Origin: a virus
Taxonomy: Duplodnaviria > Heunggongvirae > Uroviricota > Caudoviricetes
IMG/VR virus record: IMGVR_UViG_2563366884_000001
Location: 1 to 40,816 of that record
Strand: one strand, 5' to 3'
Length of the DNA: 40,816 nt
The notes under the pieces were generated by a model. That model made no database searches, was not told the DNA's origin, and saw only the letters and a program-made list of their open reading frames with translations. Made by a program: the position numbers and the translations under genes. This document shows positions 38,561 to 40,816 of the stretch, piece by piece. How positions within the stretch are numbered: the first letter of the stretch is position 1; every line of letters starts with the position of its first letter.

Positions 38561-38803
38561 GGTAATGGATAAATTATTAATATTTTTAGATTGTGAACGA
38601 TATCATATTGTGCGGAAGTAGTGAAGTAACCATGTAAAATGATTGTTTCATAGCCTATGAGACACACAAGGCTTTGTGCTCTTCGATAGTTGTTAAGGCG
38701 GATCACTCTACCTTCTCATCAAGCCAATCCGCCCACCACTGCATCATTTCTCTGCGCTTATCGAGATACTGAGCATGGTTGTAAATTCAACTAACCAAGT
38801 CCG

Positions 38804-38844
38804 TTGACAAAAAATTAGCGCAAGAGGACAAAAAATCACCTTGC
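38804..38844 (-). promoter_or_regulatory. sib: sib / tI-like retroregulator hairpin (lambda-type) on the P-arm side of att
   Basis: GACAAAAAATTAGCGCAAGAGGACAAAAAATCACCTTGCGCTAATGCTCTG closely matches the lambda sib/tI region as I recall it; hairpin GCGCAAG…CTTGCGC with a T run on the minus strand. Confidence 0.6.
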
Positions 38845-38995
38845 GCTAATGCTCTGCCTCAGGTCACTAATACTATCTAAGTAGTTGATTCATAGTGACT
38901 GGATATGTTGTGTTTTGTAGTATTATGCAGTCTATTATTTAGACTAAATCTTTCATAACATATTGATATTTACAGTGTTTTCTGTTTCTCGTTCA

Positions 38996-39010
38996 GCTTT
39001 TTTATACTAA
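38996..39010. repeat. attR: attR core GCTTTTTTATACTAA, preceded by a lambda-like P arm (~38850..38995)
   Basis: Second exact copy of the 15-bp core; the upstream P arm contains Int arm-type sites (AGGTCACTAA, CATAGTGACTGG). Confidence 0.9.
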
Positions 39011-39100
39011 CTTGAGCGAAACGGGAAGGTAAAAAGACAAAAAGTTGTTTTTAATACCTTTAAGTGATACCAGATGGCATTGCGCCATCTGGCAGAGTGA

Positions 39101-39577
39101 TTAACTAAACATCGCAGTAATCGAGGCACTCGCCAGAGAGTGAAAATGAACGTTAAACCCGACCATCGCGCCGCTGGCACCTTCATCGACATCAATACGT
39201 TCTACATCCAGCGCGTGAACGGTAAAAATGTAGCGATGGGTTTCGCCTTTCGGCGGCGCTGCGCCATCGTACCCGGTTTTACCAAAGTCGGTACGCGTCT
39301 GCAAAACGCCGTCTGGCATAGCTACCAGACCAGAGCCAAACCCTTGCGGTAATACGCGGGTATCAGCGGGTAAATTAACAACTACCCAGTGCCACCAGCC
39401 GGAGCCGGTTGGCGCATCCGGGTCATAGCAGGTGACAACAAAACTTTTCGTTCCCGCAGGAACATCATCCCACGCCAGATGCGGTGAAATATTATCGCCA
39501 TCGTAACCCATGCCGTTAAAGACATGACGATGCGGCAGCTTATCGCCATCGCGCAGATCGTTACTGATGAGTTTCAT
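39101..39577 (-). CDS. ybhB: YbhB, PEBP-family protein (host gene flanking lambda attB)
   Basis: 158-aa ORF matching E. coli YbhB as I recall it; position on the far side of the att core from ybhC. Confidence 0.85.
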   Translation of the reverse strand: MKLISNDLRDGDKLPHRHVFNGMGYDGDNISPHLAWDDVPAGTKSFVVTCYDPDAPTGSGWWHWVVVNLPADTRVLPQGFGSGLVAMPDGVLQTRTDFGKTGYDGAAPPKGETHRYIFTVHALDVERIDVDEGASGAMVGFNVHFHSLASASITAMFS

Positions 39578-39685
39578 TAGAATGCCTCCGGGAAACCTCG
39601 GCCTTCAGACCGGGGAGGAAAGGAGGCGGTTTTCCGACTAACTGTACTTTGCATAATCACATTTTCCTCTTTAGTATGTGAACAC

Positions 39686-40816
39686 ATGAAACGCGCATAT
39701 AAATACCGGTTTTACCCGACAACTGAGCAGGCTGAGCTTTTAGCTCAGACGTTTGGCTGTGTGCGCTTCGTCTACAATTCCATCCTTCGTTGGCGTACCG
39801 ATGCGTACTACGAGCGAAAAGAAAAGATCGGTTATCTACAGGCCAACGCTCGCCTTACGGCGCTCAAAAAAGAGCCTGAATACATATGGCTGAATGATGT
39901 TTCCTGCGTTCCCCTCCAGCAGTCGTTGCGCCACCAACAAGCCGCCTTTGCTAACTTCTTTGCCGGACGAGCTGCATATCCGGCTTTCAAAAGCAAACGG
40001 CACAAACAGGTGGCTGAGTTCACTGCCAGCGCGTTTAAACACCGTGACGGCGAGTTGTATATAGCAAAGAGCAAGTCGCCGCTGGATGTTCGCTGGAGTC
40101 GAGAATTACCATCTGCGCCGTCAACCGTTACCATTTCCAGAGATAGCGCTGGCAGGTACTTTGTTTCCTGCCTGTGTGAGTTTGAACCTGTATCAATGCC
40201 TGTTACCGCTAAAACGGTCGGCATTGATGTGGGCTTAAAAGATTTATTCGTCACCGATACCGGATTCAAAACCGACAATCCCCGCCACACCGCTAAATAT
40301 GCGAAGCGATTAACGCTGCTACAGCGACGTTTAAGCAGGAAGCAAAAAGGCTCAAGAAACCGAATTAAAGCCCGCTTAAAGGTCGCCCGACTCCACGCGA
40401 AAATCGCCGATTGCCGGATGGACAATCTGCACAAGTTGTCCCGCAAACTGATTAACGAAAACCAAGTTGTTTGCGTCGAATCCCTCAAGGTGAAAAACAT
40501 GATCCGCAACCCGAAGCTGTCTAAAGCAATAGCTGACGCAGGCTGGAGCGAACTTGTTCGCCAGCTCCAGTACAAAGGCAAATGGGCCGGGCGGTCAGTG
40601 GTCGCCATTGACCAGTATTTACCGTCCTCAAAATGCTGTAGTTGCTGCGGTTTCACCATGCAAAAAATGCCTCTTAATGTTCGTAAATGGCACTGCCCTG
40701 AATGCGGCGCAGACCATGATCGCGACATTAACGCGGCACGTAATATTAAAGCTGCCGGGCTGGCAGTGTTAGCCCACGGAGAGCCTGTAAACCCTGAATC
40801 GCAGCACGCGGCTTAG
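39686..40816 (+). CDS. tnpB: TnpB (IS200/IS605 OrfB-family RNA-guided nuclease-like protein), 376 aa, no tnpA partner in window
   Basis: Typical OrfB N-terminus (MKRAYKYRFYPT…), RuvC-like acidic residues and C-terminal zinc finger (CxxC…CxxC); stop codon is the last three bases of the window. Confidence 0.8.
   Translation: MKRAYKYRFYPTTEQAELLAQTFGCVRFVYNSILRWRTDAYYERKEKIGYLQANARLTALKKEPEYIWLNDVSCVPLQQSLRHQQAAFANFFAGRAAYPAFKSKRHKQVAEFTASAFKHRDGELYIAKSKSPLDVRWSRELPSAPSTVTISRDSAGRYFVSCLCEFEPVSMPVTAKTVGIDVGLKDLFVTDTGFKTDNPRHTAKYAKRLTLLQRRLSRKQKGSRNRIKARLKVARLHAKIADCRMDNLHKLSRKLINENQVVCVESLKVKNMIRNPKLSKAIADAGWSELVRQLQYKGKWAGRSVVAIDQYLPSSKCCSCCGFTMQKMPLNVRKWHCPECGADHDRDINAARNIKAAGLAVLAHGEPVNPESQHAA

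Larger units (their letters stand above)
1331..39010. mobile_element. Integrated lambdoid mosaic prophage (attL core to attR core, ~37.7 kb)
   Basis: Identical 15-bp cores at both ends; int/xis next to attL; complete early, replication, lysis and virion modules in between; host genes ybhC and ybhB outside. Confidence 0.9.

Noticed and set aside
38359-38706. 115-aa minus-strand ORF in the tailspike-distal region
   Set aside because: AT-rich, low-complexity translation, runs through a terminator hairpin and overlaps the tailspike 3' end; it looks like a chance ORF in non-coding DNA.
38380-38995. Possible tailspike-associated accessory gene downstream of the tailspike
   Set aside because: No credible ORF, acetyltransferase-like translation or short tandem repeat tract is present in this stretch.
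39071-39093. Perfect inverted repeat CCAGATGGC-ATTGC-GCCATCTGG between attR and ybhB, considered as a terminator
   Set aside because: No adjacent T tract on either strand; more likely a host attB-flank structure or protein-binding site than an intrinsic terminator.
39832-40728. 298-aa minus-strand ORF antisense to tnpB
   Set aside because: It is a shadow ORF entirely within tnpB; the plus-strand protein has the full TnpB signature.

Overview
This window is a ~37.7 kb lambdoid mosaic prophage integrated at the lambda attB site between ybhC (1..1284, -) and ybhB (39101..39577, -), bounded by identical 15-bp cores GCTTTTTTATACTAA at 1331..1345 (attL) and 38996..39010 (attR). A solo IS200/IS605-type tnpB follows ybhB. 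Module order: lambda-type int/xis; an ea-like accessory block; RecT and Gp157-like recombination genes; kil-like, cIII and N; P22-type c2/cro immunity with OR and PL operators; nutL and nutR with identical non-lambda boxB hairpins; lambda-like cII; an O-like initiator with internal iterons plus a DnaB-like helicase; a nin region (ninB/D/F/H, rusA); lambda-like Q, PR', S, R, Rz/Rz1; then a P22/Sf6-like headful packaging and virion module (terS, terL, portal, scaffold, coat, gp4/10/26/14/7/20/16 analogues). The tailspike joins a P22-type head-binding domain to an Asp-box sialidase-like body, suggesting a K1-capsule endosialidase. The best candidate for an undescribed accessory system is a low-GC three-gene island between the last ejection gene and mnt (33853..34936): a multi-TM membrane protein, a 121-aa HExxH protein and a 59-aa YjzC-like protein. 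All homology calls are from reading the translations and from memory of lambda, P22 and Sf6 proteins; no database search was run.
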